Assembly (NCBI GenBank): GCA_902492505.1
Contig: CABULU010000001.1
Span: 71,601-135,600, forward strand
Direction of reading: 5' to 3'
DNA length: 64,000 bases
Origin: an uncultured Eubacteriales bacterium
GTDB lineage: Bacteria > Bacillota > Clostridia > Oscillospirales > QAKW01
Shown: positions 46,501 to 55,199 of the stretch, piece after piece
Layout: every line of letters begins with the position of its first letter
Position numbering within the stretch: the stretch's first letter is position 1
Made by a program: the position numbers and the translations under genes
Notes under the pieces: model-generated
Databases searched by the model: none
Seen by the model: the letters and a program-made list of their open reading frames with translations, nothing else
Told to the model about the DNA's origin: nothing

Positions 46501-49500
46501 GACAGTCTGCCGTCTCTTTGTTTTGAACTCATTTTCCACCAGCCGAGCAGGCTTACCTGTGATTTTTCAAGGTCACAGTATAGACCGTCTATCGTAAAAT
46601 CACTCGGTAGATATTCGTTAAGCAGTCTGTTTCTGCCTTCGTAAATTTCGGTGCTGCACATTACCTTTTCAACACGAACGTTTTTCATAACACCTATATC
46701 AGTGTTGTTTCCACCCTGCTCGTTGTTTAAGTTGGAAAATGTAAGTGTGTAAACGGTAGAATAATATCCGTAAGGGCTGGCAGCGAGAGTTTCCTCATGC
46801 TCGATAACGATGTTTTCGAGCGTTATTTTTGTCTGTTTGCTGCTGGCGCCGCGCAGAGTATCGTAAAATCGTCCGCGCAGAGTAATGCCTTTTATCTCGA
46901 TATTTGTGCCGGATGCGTCGGGAGATATGGATATCGAATCTATTTCGCTCTGACCGTATGAGCCCCAGTCGTCGCTTAGCGTCCAGTCGGAGGAGATGTC
47001 ATCCGATACAGGAGTATTGGGATTTACATCATAATTTATGCCGTATACGGAGGTATCCGCGGGGATTATAAGCTCGCCGTCAATCTTTGTATCGGGAATT
47101 ATAATCTGAATATGTCCGTTTGAGCGCACTGCGTTTATTTCATCGATATCCGAGAATGCGTTTTCACCGACGGTGAATCTGTAATACCTGCCTTTCCAGC
47201 TGCGTATTATAATGTCCCTTTGGCTGTAAAGGGCGATATCCGGGCTGAGAAGATACGCGGTGCTTTGAATTTGTCCGAGCGGGTCTGAAAAGCTTTCTTT
47301 AAAGTAGCCGATTTCATTTGCCTCCAGCGTGACGCTGTAAGTACGCTGTGCACCGTTTTTGGAAAGCTTCAGAGTGTATTCGGTATTTCCCGCCATTACA
47401 TCTTTATAGCTGATGCTTGTTACGGGTACGCTGCTGTCAAAGGGATACAGTGCCTTGTCAACGCCGCTTCCCTTTGTAATAAATTCGAGTACACCCGTTA
47501 TATTTTCCGTCAGCATTACATTCAGCTTTTGTTCTTCAGGGAGAATCTGAAGCATTGTTTTTCCGCCGCCAAACAGAGCATTTGTGACGTCAAAGTCGGT
47601 GCTGAGAGTATTTAAAGAAAAGTCACAGTAATACGGCAGTGTGACCGCACCTATCGGGTCTGTATTTCCGTCGGGACCTGAAACGTATTCGGGGGCTTTT
47701 CCGGTTTTATCAGATACTGAAGTGAAAGTGTCTGACAGGTAATTGCCTGAAAAATCAAAGCTCAGCTTTGCAAGATTTTCGTCCGTAACTTGGTTCATAT
47801 TGGGCAGATAGGAGGTTATGCCTATAAAGCGGTTGCGGTGGACGTTCATTGTCATCGGATTGGTAAAAAACGCGCTGTTTCCTTCGATAGCAGTGTCCAC
47901 CTCGTATCCGCCCTGCTGACTGAACAGATTATCCTCTATTGTCACGTTAATATCGGGAAGCTGTGCCGATACTGAAATAATGCCCCACTGCGCACTTGCA
48001 CAGTTTAAGAACGCATTGTTGTAAATTGAAAGTTTACCGCTTTGATAATCACCCGATGTTAGCGGTGTTGTGCGTATACGCACGGCACGTGTAAGAGCGC
48101 CTCCGGTAAAGCAGCTGTTTTTAACTGTATAGTCCATGTCGTGGCGCATGTTCATGTTTGCGTCAACGTCGAATATGCTTACGCTCATGCTGGAATTTTC
48201 TATATATGCACCGTCAAACACAAGTGTATCAAGATATTTTCTTATGAGCGCAGAGCCGTTGAAGCCGGTCATGCGCAGATTTTTAACAGTCAGTGAATTG
48301 TAATTGAAGGTGGTGTCCTGCGCCGTGTAAAGATGTCCCGTCTGGTTTACGGATTTTATATTCTGCAGGTACATGTTGTCTGAACGCTTGCCGGTCACGT
48401 TCAGTGATATTGAGTTATCGCTGTCTGTTCTTGAGCCCACGTCAACATCGTCTACTCCGAGTTTTCCGCTGCCCGTAAGCTTTATACCGTCTATCAGAAT
48501 AAAGAACTCCATGCGCTCGTCAGCGGCATTTTCCGCGTCCTGAACATTTTTTTCAAGCGATAGGTCATCGTTGCCCGAAACTCTTGTCGAGCGATAAATT
48601 CTGTCGGTGAATACCGTTTCGTGCTCGCTGTCCCATGCCGTATTTTCGGCTATGCTGCCTCCCGGCAGAAGCTCTGAGACGTCAGCGGACGGGTCGTTTG
48701 GATTTATGCCGGCATTTGTTCCGAGTATCATTGCGCGGTAGTAAACCTTGATGGCGCCGTAGCTGCCCTCGGTAAATATAAATACCGGTGTATCATGCAG
48801 AATGTCGGGGTTGGTGCCAAGCCAGTGCGCATATGCCGAATCAAAGTTCGCAAAATGGCGGTTGCTGTCAAACGGCTGGGTATACTGCTCTCCCCGGAAG
48901 GTAAAGCTTATATTTCCGGATGATGTATTTGCCCAATCTGCGTCTATAATATATGCGGTGTTGGGGTAGCTGTCATAATCGGGAGTAAGACCGGCGGACG
49001 CAGGACGAACAACGCGCAGTGTGTAGTCGATACTCTGCGTGCCGTCCGTAACACGTATGATGTAATTCTTTTCGGTGCCGCTTTCAATCCCATCTGCCCT
49101 TGTTACGGATTGACCGTTGTACATGAGCTGTGAGGACGTACCATCAGCTGTTTTTACGAATATATCCGCGCCCGATGAAGTTTCCGGCAGGGTCAGTGTG
49201 TAGCCGCCCGTATATTCGTTAAAGGCAATGACTCCTCTGTCCGCAATTATATCGTGTATGGAAAGTAACGCCGGCACATTACGGTGGATTTTGAGAGTAA
49301 ACGTGGTATAGACGTAAGGATTGTCGGGAACGCTGATTGTAACTTTTACGGTTGTAATAAGATTGTTAACCGAAATATCCGACATATCAGCAGTTTCGCC
49401 GTCGAGCAGGTATACACCGGATATAATCAGGTCGGACAGATTATCTATATATCCGTCGGTAAAGTCGATTTTTTGTCTGTCGCTTTCAACAAACAGCTCC

Positions 49501-52500
49501 AGTACCGAGTTTATGCTGTCAAATATGAGCCCGTCTTTTTCGGAGAACAGCACCTCTACCGGATTTTTGATTTTTGTCAGCGCATAGTCTTCGTAATATG
49601 CGCTGCAAAGAGCAAAGCCCGTGGGGCAAATGCCGTCGTCAGCTATAATAAAATCTTCACTGTACGGAGCAAGGTAATTTTCGGAAACGTCAATAAAAGT
49701 ATTTGTACTGTCGTAGTTTGCAGCGGCAAAATAGCTTGAAAATCCTACTATACGATTGTTTTTAAAAGAGAAGCCGCTGCCGGTGTATTCGGTGTTTTTG
49801 TAATTAATTTCAAAAAGTACCGGCGACTCTGTTTTGTGTATAAAGGTATTGTCCTCGATAGTAAGACTTGTATATGCCTGAGGAGACAGAGAGATAAGCG
49901 CGCCGATCTGATTACCGATGCTTTCAAACACACTGTTTTTTACGGTGTAGGCTATGGCGTTAGCACCGACTGTTACGCCGTCGCGTGAATCTGTTAAAAA
50001 CGCGCCGCTTGCAGAGCTTACGTTAAACCGGCTGTCGGAAATTAAAATTTCGCAGTCACCAGAATACAGGCTGCTGTTCCAGTGTGCGTCAAAAAGCCGC
50101 GTCAGAGCGCCGTTACTGTAGCTGTTGGTAATTGAAAGCTTTGAGGGAAGCGCGCCACCGAACAGTATTTTATTTTGGCTTTCGTCCGACGGGATATTTT
50201 TAATGTAAACTCCGTCAAGAATATATTCATTGTGCAGGCTTTGTACGGACGGGCATCCGACATTAAACTGTCTGTATCCGTTTTGTGCATCACCTTGTGC
50301 GTTTATCAGCGAGTTTTTAAAAGTGATGCTGCCGTTTTGAGTTCTTGTAAGATCAGAAACTGCGCCGCAAAGCTCGACACCGGAAATTGTGACGTTTGCA
50401 CAGGACAGAGTAATTCCGGAAACCTTTGAGGTTTTCCCGCTGCTCCATGCAAGTCCGGCTCCCCACTCGTCCGTACCGCTGCCGGCAGCGGCGGCGCTTT
50501 TATAATTTTCACCGTAAATCTGACAAGGAGCGGTGATGTTAAGCTCACCGTAGCTGCCGTAAGGCAGAATTATCTGAGGTATACCGCTGCCGGCGGCAGC
50601 AAAGATTTCTTCAAGCGTTGCAAATGCGTTCTGTCCGACGGTAAACGAATACGTTCTACCGTCAAAGCTCTGTCTGAAAACTGCGCCGTTTGACATGTCC
50701 GCTGTCTCAGGAGATAAAAGATACGCCGTATTTTGTATAGTACCCTCTGGGTCAGACCAACCGCTTGCAAAGTCATCAACAGCATTTTCACCGTAAAGCT
50801 TTACAGTAATCACTTTTGAGGCGGAGCCCTTAACGGCTTTTGCATAGACCGTTGTGACAGCGTTTTGAGCCGGTGCTGAAATTGATGTTATGCGGGAAGC
50901 ACAGCTGCTGTCAGAAAAAAATTCTGCGGTTACTGCACTGTCTCGAAAATACAGCGCTGGGTTTTGGATATTTGTGCCACAGGTGTATGACGCCGTGATA
51001 AGCGAATTATCGTTGTCAATGCTTACATAGTCCGCATCCTCATAAAAGCTGACGCCGGATACGTCCAGCATGCCGTCATAGACGGTCATGGCAAAGTCTT
51101 CATAATATACAAGGTTGTCAATGTCAATAGGGTCGGAATAGGGCGTTGTACTAAAGTACTGGCTTGTAGTTCCCAATACGTCGGCATGACTGTTATATGA
51201 CGGCGCAAAATAGTTATAGTTAAAGTCCGCTGTTATGTATGTTACATTGTCGGGCATGTTGGGGAAAAGGCTTGTGTAGCCAATAACCCTGTTGCGGTTG
51301 ACATACATGGCGTATGCGCCCTGCTGATAGCTTGTGTTGCCGTTCAGAAAAGTGTTTTTCGCTGTGGTATTATAGCTTTGGTCGGCAATAAAGATATTGT
51401 TTTGTATGTTTATCTCGTAGCTTGAGTCCTTGTGAGATTTTGTGCTGTAAAATGTAAGCGCACCATAGCTTCCGCTGTTATGCTCGTAAAACAGGTTGCC
51501 GTTTAGCGTGACCTTGCTTTTATGCTCTGAATCTTTATATCTGAAATTAAGATTGTAGCCAGCCGAGCATTTGTACATATACGAATTCTGCATAAGAAAA
51601 GAAAATTCATACGGAGCGATAAGCTGGCTTTGTGAAATGGAGCCGGAGCTGTTGGCAAAATATACCCCGTCCAGTCGAACGTGCGAGGCGTTTGCACCGA
51701 AAAAGCTTTTTACCTTGGTGCCGTCACTGCGTATGTTTTTAAAATCGTAGCAGTTTACGTTGTTTGCCGACTGAGAGTCATCTATATAAAAAGAGGCGTT
51801 TGTAGTGACAATGTCGTTGTTTTGCACAGTCACTGACATTGTACGTTTTTTTGCACCTGTTGTGTCGGCAAGCGTTAGAAAATTAGACGCAGCCGAAAAT
51901 TTGACTCCGTCGATTATAAGCGAAAATTCGGTTTCGTTTGAGGCGGCCTGCTCGTATTTTTGATTTGTCAGAGAGCTGTTTACCTGTGTCGAACGGGAAA
52001 AACCGTTTGAAATCACGGTTTCGCTGCCACGTAGGGTATTTTTATTCCAGCCCGTTTTGGGATTAGCCGTTGACAGATCGATGTCGGCATTTGGCGAAAT
52101 GCCTGCGTTTGCGCCTAAAATCACCGCGTTATAGCGTACGGTGAGCCTTGTTTCGGTATAGGTTCCCGGAGCAAGTATAAAAACAGGAACCTCCTTTGCC
52201 ATCTGGCTGTTTATGCTGCCGTCAGACTCCGTGTAAAGTGATTCAAAATAGGAGTATGCCGCTGAAAAGCTTGAAAAATGGCGCTGAGGATTGTAGGTCT
52301 CATTATACGTATTACCGCGGAATTCAAAGGAAAGACTTGTGTTCGAGGTTAAGTTAGTCCATTGTGGATTAACAATATACGCTTCTTGCAGAAGAGACGA
52401 GTAGTCAAGAACAGCACCTATGCTTTCCTGATCTGTCTGTGCACTTTTAACGCCGGAACTTTCGGCGAATGCGAAAAGTGAAAGACCCTGTACGGGACAC

Positions 52501-52562
52501 AGCGCCGTAAAAATCGTGAGTGCCAAAGTGAAAGCTAAAGCTCTTACTCTCTTTTTAAACAT
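43590..52562 (-). CDS. giant (about 2990 aa) SLH-anchored cell-surface protein with four parallel beta-helix-type modules
   Basis: Signal peptide MFKKRVRALAFTLALTIFTALCPVQGLSLFAFA. Repeated beta-helix-like motifs (IQNNIFI, IEDNTFI, NRVIGYTS, DFNYNYFAP...). Then a helical FIVAR-like region, Cys-rich H.WDNG..TK.PTC repeats, a (PE)n linker and three C-terminal SLH domains. Start moved to the ATG at 52562 (SD aaggag), because the track's start is the -35 box. Confidence 0.85.
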   Translation of the reverse strand: MFKKRVRALAFTLALTIFTALCPVQGLSLFAFAESSGVKSAQTDQESIGAVLDYSSLLQEAYIVNPQWTNLTSNTSLSFEFRGNTYNETYNPQRHFSSFSAAYSYFESLYTESDGSINSQMAKEVPVFILAPGTYTETRLTVRYNAVILGANAGISPNADIDLSTANPKTGWNKNTLRGSETVISNGFSRSTQVNSSLTNQKYEQAASNETEFSLIIDGVKFSAASNFLTLADTTGAKKRTMSVTVQNNDIVTTNASFYIDDSQSANNVNCYDFKNIRSDGTKVKSFFGANASHVRLDGVYFANSSGSISQSQLIAPYEFSFLMQNSYMYKCSAGYNLNFRYKDSEHKSKVTLNGNLFYEHNSGSYGALTFYSTKSHKDSSYEINIQNNIFIADQSYNTTAKNTFLNGNTSYQQGAYAMYVNRNRVIGYTSLFPNMPDNVTYITADFNYNYFAPSYNSHADVLGTTSQYFSTTPYSDPIDIDNLVYYEDFAMTVYDGMLDVSGVSFYEDADYVSIDNDNSLITASYTCGTNIQNPALYFRDSAVTAEFFSDSSCASRITSISAPAQNAVTTVYAKAVKGSASKVITVKLYGENAVDDFASGWSDPEGTIQNTAYLLSPETADMSNGAVFRQSFDGRTYSFTVGQNAFATLEEIFAAAGSGIPQIILPYGSYGELNITAPCQIYGENYKSAAAAGSGTDEWGAGLAWSSGKTSKVSGITLSCANVTISGVELCGAVSDLTRTQNGSITFKNSLINAQGDAQNGYRQFNVGCPSVQSLHNEYILDGVYIKNIPSDESQNKILFGGALPSKLSITNSYSNGALTRLFDAHWNSSLYSGDCEILISDSRFNVSSASGAFLTDSRDGVTVGANAIAYTVKNSVFESIGNQIGALISLSPQAYTSLTIEDNTFIHKTESPVLFEINYKNTEYTGSGFSFKNNRIVGFSSYFAAANYDSTNTFIDVSENYLAPYSEDFIIADDGICPTGFALCSAYYEDYALTKIKNPVEVLFSEKDGLIFDSINSVLELFVESDRQKIDFTDGYIDNLSDLIISGVYLLDGETADMSDISVNNLITTVKVTISVPDNPYVYTTFTLKIHRNVPALLSIHDIIADRGVIAFNEYTGGYTLTLPETSSGADIFVKTADGTSSQLMYNGQSVTRADGIESGTEKNYIIRVTDGTQSIDYTLRVVRPASAGLTPDYDSYPNTAYIIDADWANTSSGNISFTFRGEQYTQPFDSNRHFANFDSAYAHWLGTNPDILHDTPVFIFTEGSYGAIKVYYRAMILGTNAGINPNDPSADVSELLPGGSIAENTAWDSEHETVFTDRIYRSTRVSGNDDLSLEKNVQDAENAADERMEFFILIDGIKLTGSGKLGVDDVDVGSRTDSDNSISLNVTGKRSDNMYLQNIKSVNQTGHLYTAQDTTFNYNSLTVKNLRMTGFNGSALIRKYLDTLVFDGAYIENSSMSVSIFDVDANMNMRHDMDYTVKNSCFTGGALTRAVRIRTTPLTSGDYQSGKLSIYNNAFLNCASAQWGIISVSAQLPDINVTIEDNLFSQQGGYEVDTAIEGNSAFFTNPMTMNVHRNRFIGITSYLPNMNQVTDENLAKLSFDFSGNYLSDTFTSVSDKTGKAPEYVSGPDGNTDPIGAVTLPYYCDFSLNTLSTDFDVTNALFGGGKTMLQILPEEQKLNVMLTENITGVLEFITKGSGVDKALYPFDSSVPVTSISYKDVMAGNTEYTLKLSKNGAQRTYSVTLEANEIGYFKESFSDPLGQIQSTAYLLSPDIALYSQRDIIIRSWKGRYYRFTVGENAFSDIDEINAVRSNGHIQIIIPDTKIDGELIIPADTSVYGINYDVNPNTPVSDDISSDWTLSDDWGSYGQSEIDSISISPDASGTNIEIKGITLRGRFYDTLRGASSKQTKITLENIVIEHEETLAASPYGYYSTVYTLTFSNLNNEQGGNNTDIGVMKNVRVEKVMCSTEIYEGRNRLLNEYLPSDFTIDGLYCDLEKSQVSLLGWWKMSSKQRDGRLSVKNCNLRNGIDTSAGNYLYFEGRNHANNGQSQTAQLNITGNCFYNFQTKAAGFTVSPYAYSDISIQNNLFLSSTEKTASFIAFNDTAQPNEMLKMNISGNRFVGVAGVINNPSNNSVLDLSGNYYNVYSDSFITGAGRKILGGSNTVNNWQYQNYALTIRSDGLTSYKFSDKIKVNSSDKTLKLTLGAGKSTFSLNDYIIQSGGNSITVSGVSDITEIPAVNDAVYTVSISNNTSSEQWVLEIDINSADMSALYTALERAAGFESASGYREYALERIRLAAKDGEYIIHSDKADKTQADNAAQKINLAADIAQKLLELDSLTESASEIDTTSCSQHQITELNAAINSAVKTAERTQSTLTEINAAYNALQDAIDKITLEAENYGQILKNAEIIKNSEEFEYYTEVSAENFLEKYETAKTFYGENNLSTYSLKSAVTLRAENITEAMQELVEAMDNLTPDTERMLSAIADAQKIKNSDHRYTAASYKVLTDKIDEVKAIISPNARQIMQACTELESAVNGLIDQSEFNTVLKRTKQISNDSNLYCTPTFDALLTAISNAEAAAELFESAADVSAAVNMLTNAENALKKHSFGEYVSNNDADCENNGTETAHCTTYGCTYTDTRIKEDSALGHNWDNGTVTKTPTCSQEGELLFTCRNDSSHTRTETIPIDADEHAWDNGVITKEPTCSAQGEKLFTCKNDSSHTKVEAIPVNPDAHKWGEFVYNNDATVEADGTETRKCEYCGEEEVRTAQGTKLDPTPEPEPEPEPEPEPEPTPEPDKELTDSSKQFSDVESGRWYKSYIDYVATYELMNGTDETVFAPAMTLTRAMFVQILANMSGVDTENREVETAFSDVPSGKWYTPAVKWAFENGIVDGTDSDKFSPNDNVQRQQICTMIVRYAKFAGIVLDERVEKKTFNDESRIQNYAKEAVEICQRAGIIDGMDEHNFAPRDYATRAQVATIITRFHQSFVK
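44172..44237 (-). repeat. hexanucleotide tandem repeat encoding the (Pro-Glu)n linker
   Basis: ggttcg/ggctcg units, about 10 copies, encoding TPEPEPEPEPEPEPEPTPEP. Confidence 0.85.
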
Positions 52563-52577
52563 AATCTGCCGCTCCTT

Positions 52578-52607
52578 AGGCTTATAATTATACATAATTA
52601 TAAGCCT
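52578..52607. promoter_or_regulatory. perfect 30-bp palindrome (14-bp arms) overlapping the -10 of the giant-gene promoter; candidate operator
   Basis: aggcttataattat-ac-ataattataagcct. The right arm contains the -10 and the left arm abuts the SD. Confidence 0.55.
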
Positions 52608-52625
52608 AAAATGAACGTTTGTCAA
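52597..52625 (-). promoter_or_regulatory. consensus sigma-A promoter of the giant surface-protein gene
   Basis: Minus strand: TTGACA (52625-52620), 17-nt spacer, TATAAT (52602-52597). Confidence 0.7.
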
Positions 52626-52643
52626 ATATTATAATAAATATAA

Positions 52644-52671
52644 ACAGAGACGCAATTTTATACGTCTCCGT
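52644..52671 (-). terminator. intrinsic terminator of the antiporter gene
   Basis: The minus-strand RNA acggagacg-uauaaaauu-gcgucucugu has one G-U pair and is followed by uuua. Confidence 0.6.
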
Positions 52672-52679
52672 TTATAATT

Positions 52680-53894
52680 TCAGTCTGTTATTTCCTTTGC
52701 CGTTATGTCAAGTGTCTGCTTTCCTTGACTGTCCCTAAAGCTGAGCTTCAAAAGCCCGGGCGTTAGCAGAGCGGCAATTATAACCACAAAAACAATTGCC
52801 GGAAAAATCCCCGGGGCTATGCAGCCCGCGTCGATTCCCTTCTGTGCCACCATCAGCGCAACCTCGCCGCGCGCAACCATACCCACGCCGACCGACAGCG
52901 ATTCGCGGCTGCTCATTCCGCTGATTTTTGCGGCAAGACCGCATCCTACAATTTTGGATATTATTGCGGCAATTAGCAATACGGCTGCAAAAATAATTAT
53001 TTCTCCTGTAATGTTACGCAGATCAGTTTTGATTCCGATACCGGCAAAAAATATAGGTGTAAAAACCATGTATGAAGCGACTGTCATTTTTTTTGCGACA
53101 AACTGGCGTGACTTTGAAAGATTGCAGAGTATAACTCCCGCAAAAAAAGCTCCGGTAATGTCCGCCACTCCGAAAAATTTCTCGGCACAGTAGGACATTA
53201 TAAAGCAGAAAGCGAGTGCCCATACGGCAATTCTGCGGCTTCTTCCGTGTTTTTTGGACACCAGCTTGAAAAGATAGTATGCCGCAAAGCCGATAATGAC
53301 GGTAAATATGAAAAACAGAAGAATCTGAATTATGACGCGCAACGGGCTTACAGTATTTGCACCGCCTAACCCGGATACAATGCTCAGCACGATAACACCA
53401 ATGATATCATCTATAATGGCGGCAGACAGCAGCGTTGTGCCTACCCGTGATTTCAGCTTACCCATTTCATTGAGTGTTTCAACCGTAATACTGACGGAGG
53501 TCGCAGCGAAAACAACGCCGACAAATACTGCACGTATAACGGTTGTAAAGTCCCACCTGTCCGCAAAAAACAACCAGTAAACGCCGCTGCACATAATTAT
53601 CGGCACAAAAACTCCCAGTACGGCGATAAGACAGGCGGCGGGTCCTGTTTTTTTGATTTCCTGAAGGTCTGTGTCAAGTCCTGCAATGAACATCAGCATT
53701 ATAACTCCGATTTCCGAGGCTTTTATAAGAAAATCGGATTGCTCCAGTATACCAAAGCAGGACGGACCGAGTATCACGCCCGCCAAAATTGCGCCTACTA
53801 CCTGAGGAAGATGAACCTTTTCGGTTATAAGTCCGAACACTTTTGTTGAAAGCAGTATTATCGCAAGTGACAGCAGAAATTCATATGACTCCAT
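52680..53894 (-). CDS. cation:proton antiporter (CPA2/Na_H_Exchanger family)
   Basis: About 404 aa with 11-12 TM helices and a KefB/NapA-like N-terminus (LLSLAIILLSTKVFGLITEKVHLPQVVGAILAGVILGP). Confidence 0.8.
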   Translation of the reverse strand: MESYEFLLSLAIILLSTKVFGLITEKVHLPQVVGAILAGVILGPSCFGILEQSDFLIKASEIGVIMLMFIAGLDTDLQEIKKTGPAACLIAVLGVFVPIIMCSGVYWLFFADRWDFTTVIRAVFVGVVFAATSVSITVETLNEMGKLKSRVGTTLLSAAIIDDIIGVIVLSIVSGLGGANTVSPLRVIIQILLFFIFTVIIGFAAYYLFKLVSKKHGRSRRIAVWALAFCFIMSYCAEKFFGVADITGAFFAGVILCNLSKSRQFVAKKMTVASYMVFTPIFFAGIGIKTDLRNITGEIIIFAAVLLIAAIISKIVGCGLAAKISGMSSRESLSVGVGMVARGEVALMVAQKGIDAGCIAPGIFPAIVFVVIIAALLTPGLLKLSFRDSQGKQTLDITAKEITD

Positions 53895-54003
53895 TATATT
53901 CTCTCCCATTATGTTTTAAAGCATATGAATTATACAACTGCGGGATGATAAAATCAATATCAATTCAGAACAAAAAAACCGCGCTCAATCGTTGCTTTTT
54001 AAG

Positions 54004-55032
54004 CTATATCAAACAATCGTATACGTCGTCGGGCGGAAAAATATCGAACATGACGGGCGTATAAAACAGTTTCCTCACCGTGGCTGTATCCCGCGAGCGG
54101 GAAAGCACCCACGCAAGCTTTGTGACCGCTGACTCCGCCGTCATATCATAGCATTCAAGAAGCATCGGATACTCTGTAAGCCGCCGTCCGACGGCATATG
54201 CTTCGAGGTCGCTTCCGTCATGCTCTACCTGAGTTGTAATCGCCACAAAAACTCCGCGTTCAAATGCTCGGTTCAGGATCTTTTCAAATTCTCCGTTACC
54301 GCAGCCGGGGAGTCCGCCCGAGCCGTAGCTTTCAATCACCACTCCGTCGCAGCGTGACAGGAGATGCTCAAGCTGACAAGGCTTTATTGTCGGATACATT
54401 CTTAAAAGTCCGATATCCTCCTTGAGACTGTCATAAAAATGCACTCTGCCGTGCGTTTTAGGTTCAATGTAGCGTATCAGCCGTCCTCCCGTGATGCTTG
54501 CCAAATAAGGAAAGTTTATGCTTTCAAATGCATTCAGACCTTTGGAGCGGGTTTTTTTTGCCCGTGTACCGGCGATTATCCTGCCGTCAAATACAACAAA
54601 AACTCCTGTCAGACAGCCGCAGGCGGCACAGATAAAGCTGTCGCGCAGGTTGGTTTTGGCATCGCTGCCGTCAAAGCCCGGCGGACGCTGCGAGCCGGTA
54701 ATCACAATCGGCTTTGTCGCGTCCTGTACGAGATAGCTCAGCGCTGCCGCGGTATACGCCATGGTGTCTGTCCCGTGTGTTATCACAAAGCCGTCGTAAG
54801 CTCCGTAATACTCCTTTATCGTTTCGGCTATGCCGCACCAGTGCTTTTGCGATATGTTCGTACTGTCAATATTGTAAAGCGCAAGACAATCCACCTTGCA
54901 TATTTTTTCAAGCTCCGGCACCAAGGCGGCAAGCTCGTATGCGTCAAAGTTGGGGCTCAGCCCCTGCGGCGTTATGTCGGAGGCTATAGTCCCGCCGGTA
55001 CCTATAAAAAGAATTTTCTTATTTGTGTTCAT
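54004..55032 (-). CDS. type I L-asparaginase
   Basis: The motifs ILFIGTGGTIAS and ITHGTDTMAYTAAAL are the asparaginase signatures. Confidence 0.85.
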   Translation of the reverse strand: MNTNKKILFIGTGGTIASDITPQGLSPNFDAYELAALVPELEKICKVDCLALYNIDSTNISQKHWCGIAETIKEYYGAYDGFVITHGTDTMAYTAAALSYLVQDATKPIVITGSQRPPGFDGSDAKTNLRDSFICAACGCLTGVFVVFDGRIIAGTRAKKTRSKGLNAFESINFPYLASITGGRLIRYIEPKTHGRVHFYDSLKEDIGLLRMYPTIKPCQLEHLLSRCDGVVIESYGSGGLPGCGNGEFEKILNRAFERGVFVAITTQVEHDGSDLEAYAVGRRLTEYPMLLECYDMTAESAVTKLAWVLSRSRDTATVRKLFYTPVMFDIFPPDDVYDCLI

Positions 55033-55118
55033 AATTTCACCCATGTTTATTATCGGTAAAAGCAAGCGGTTTCAATCTTCCGTGACAAAAGTTTACAGAA
55101 TTTAATTGCGTATGTTTA

Positions 55119-55147
55119 TTGACGGTATGCTCTGTGTGTGCTAAAAT
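55119..55147 (+). promoter_or_regulatory. sigma-A promoter of the SLH-amidase gene
   Basis: TTGACG, 17-nt spacer, TAAAAT. Confidence 0.55.
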
Positions 55148-55199
55148 TAAAAACAGCCGCCCAGAGGCGGACTTATTTGATAGCATCAGGAGTGATTAA

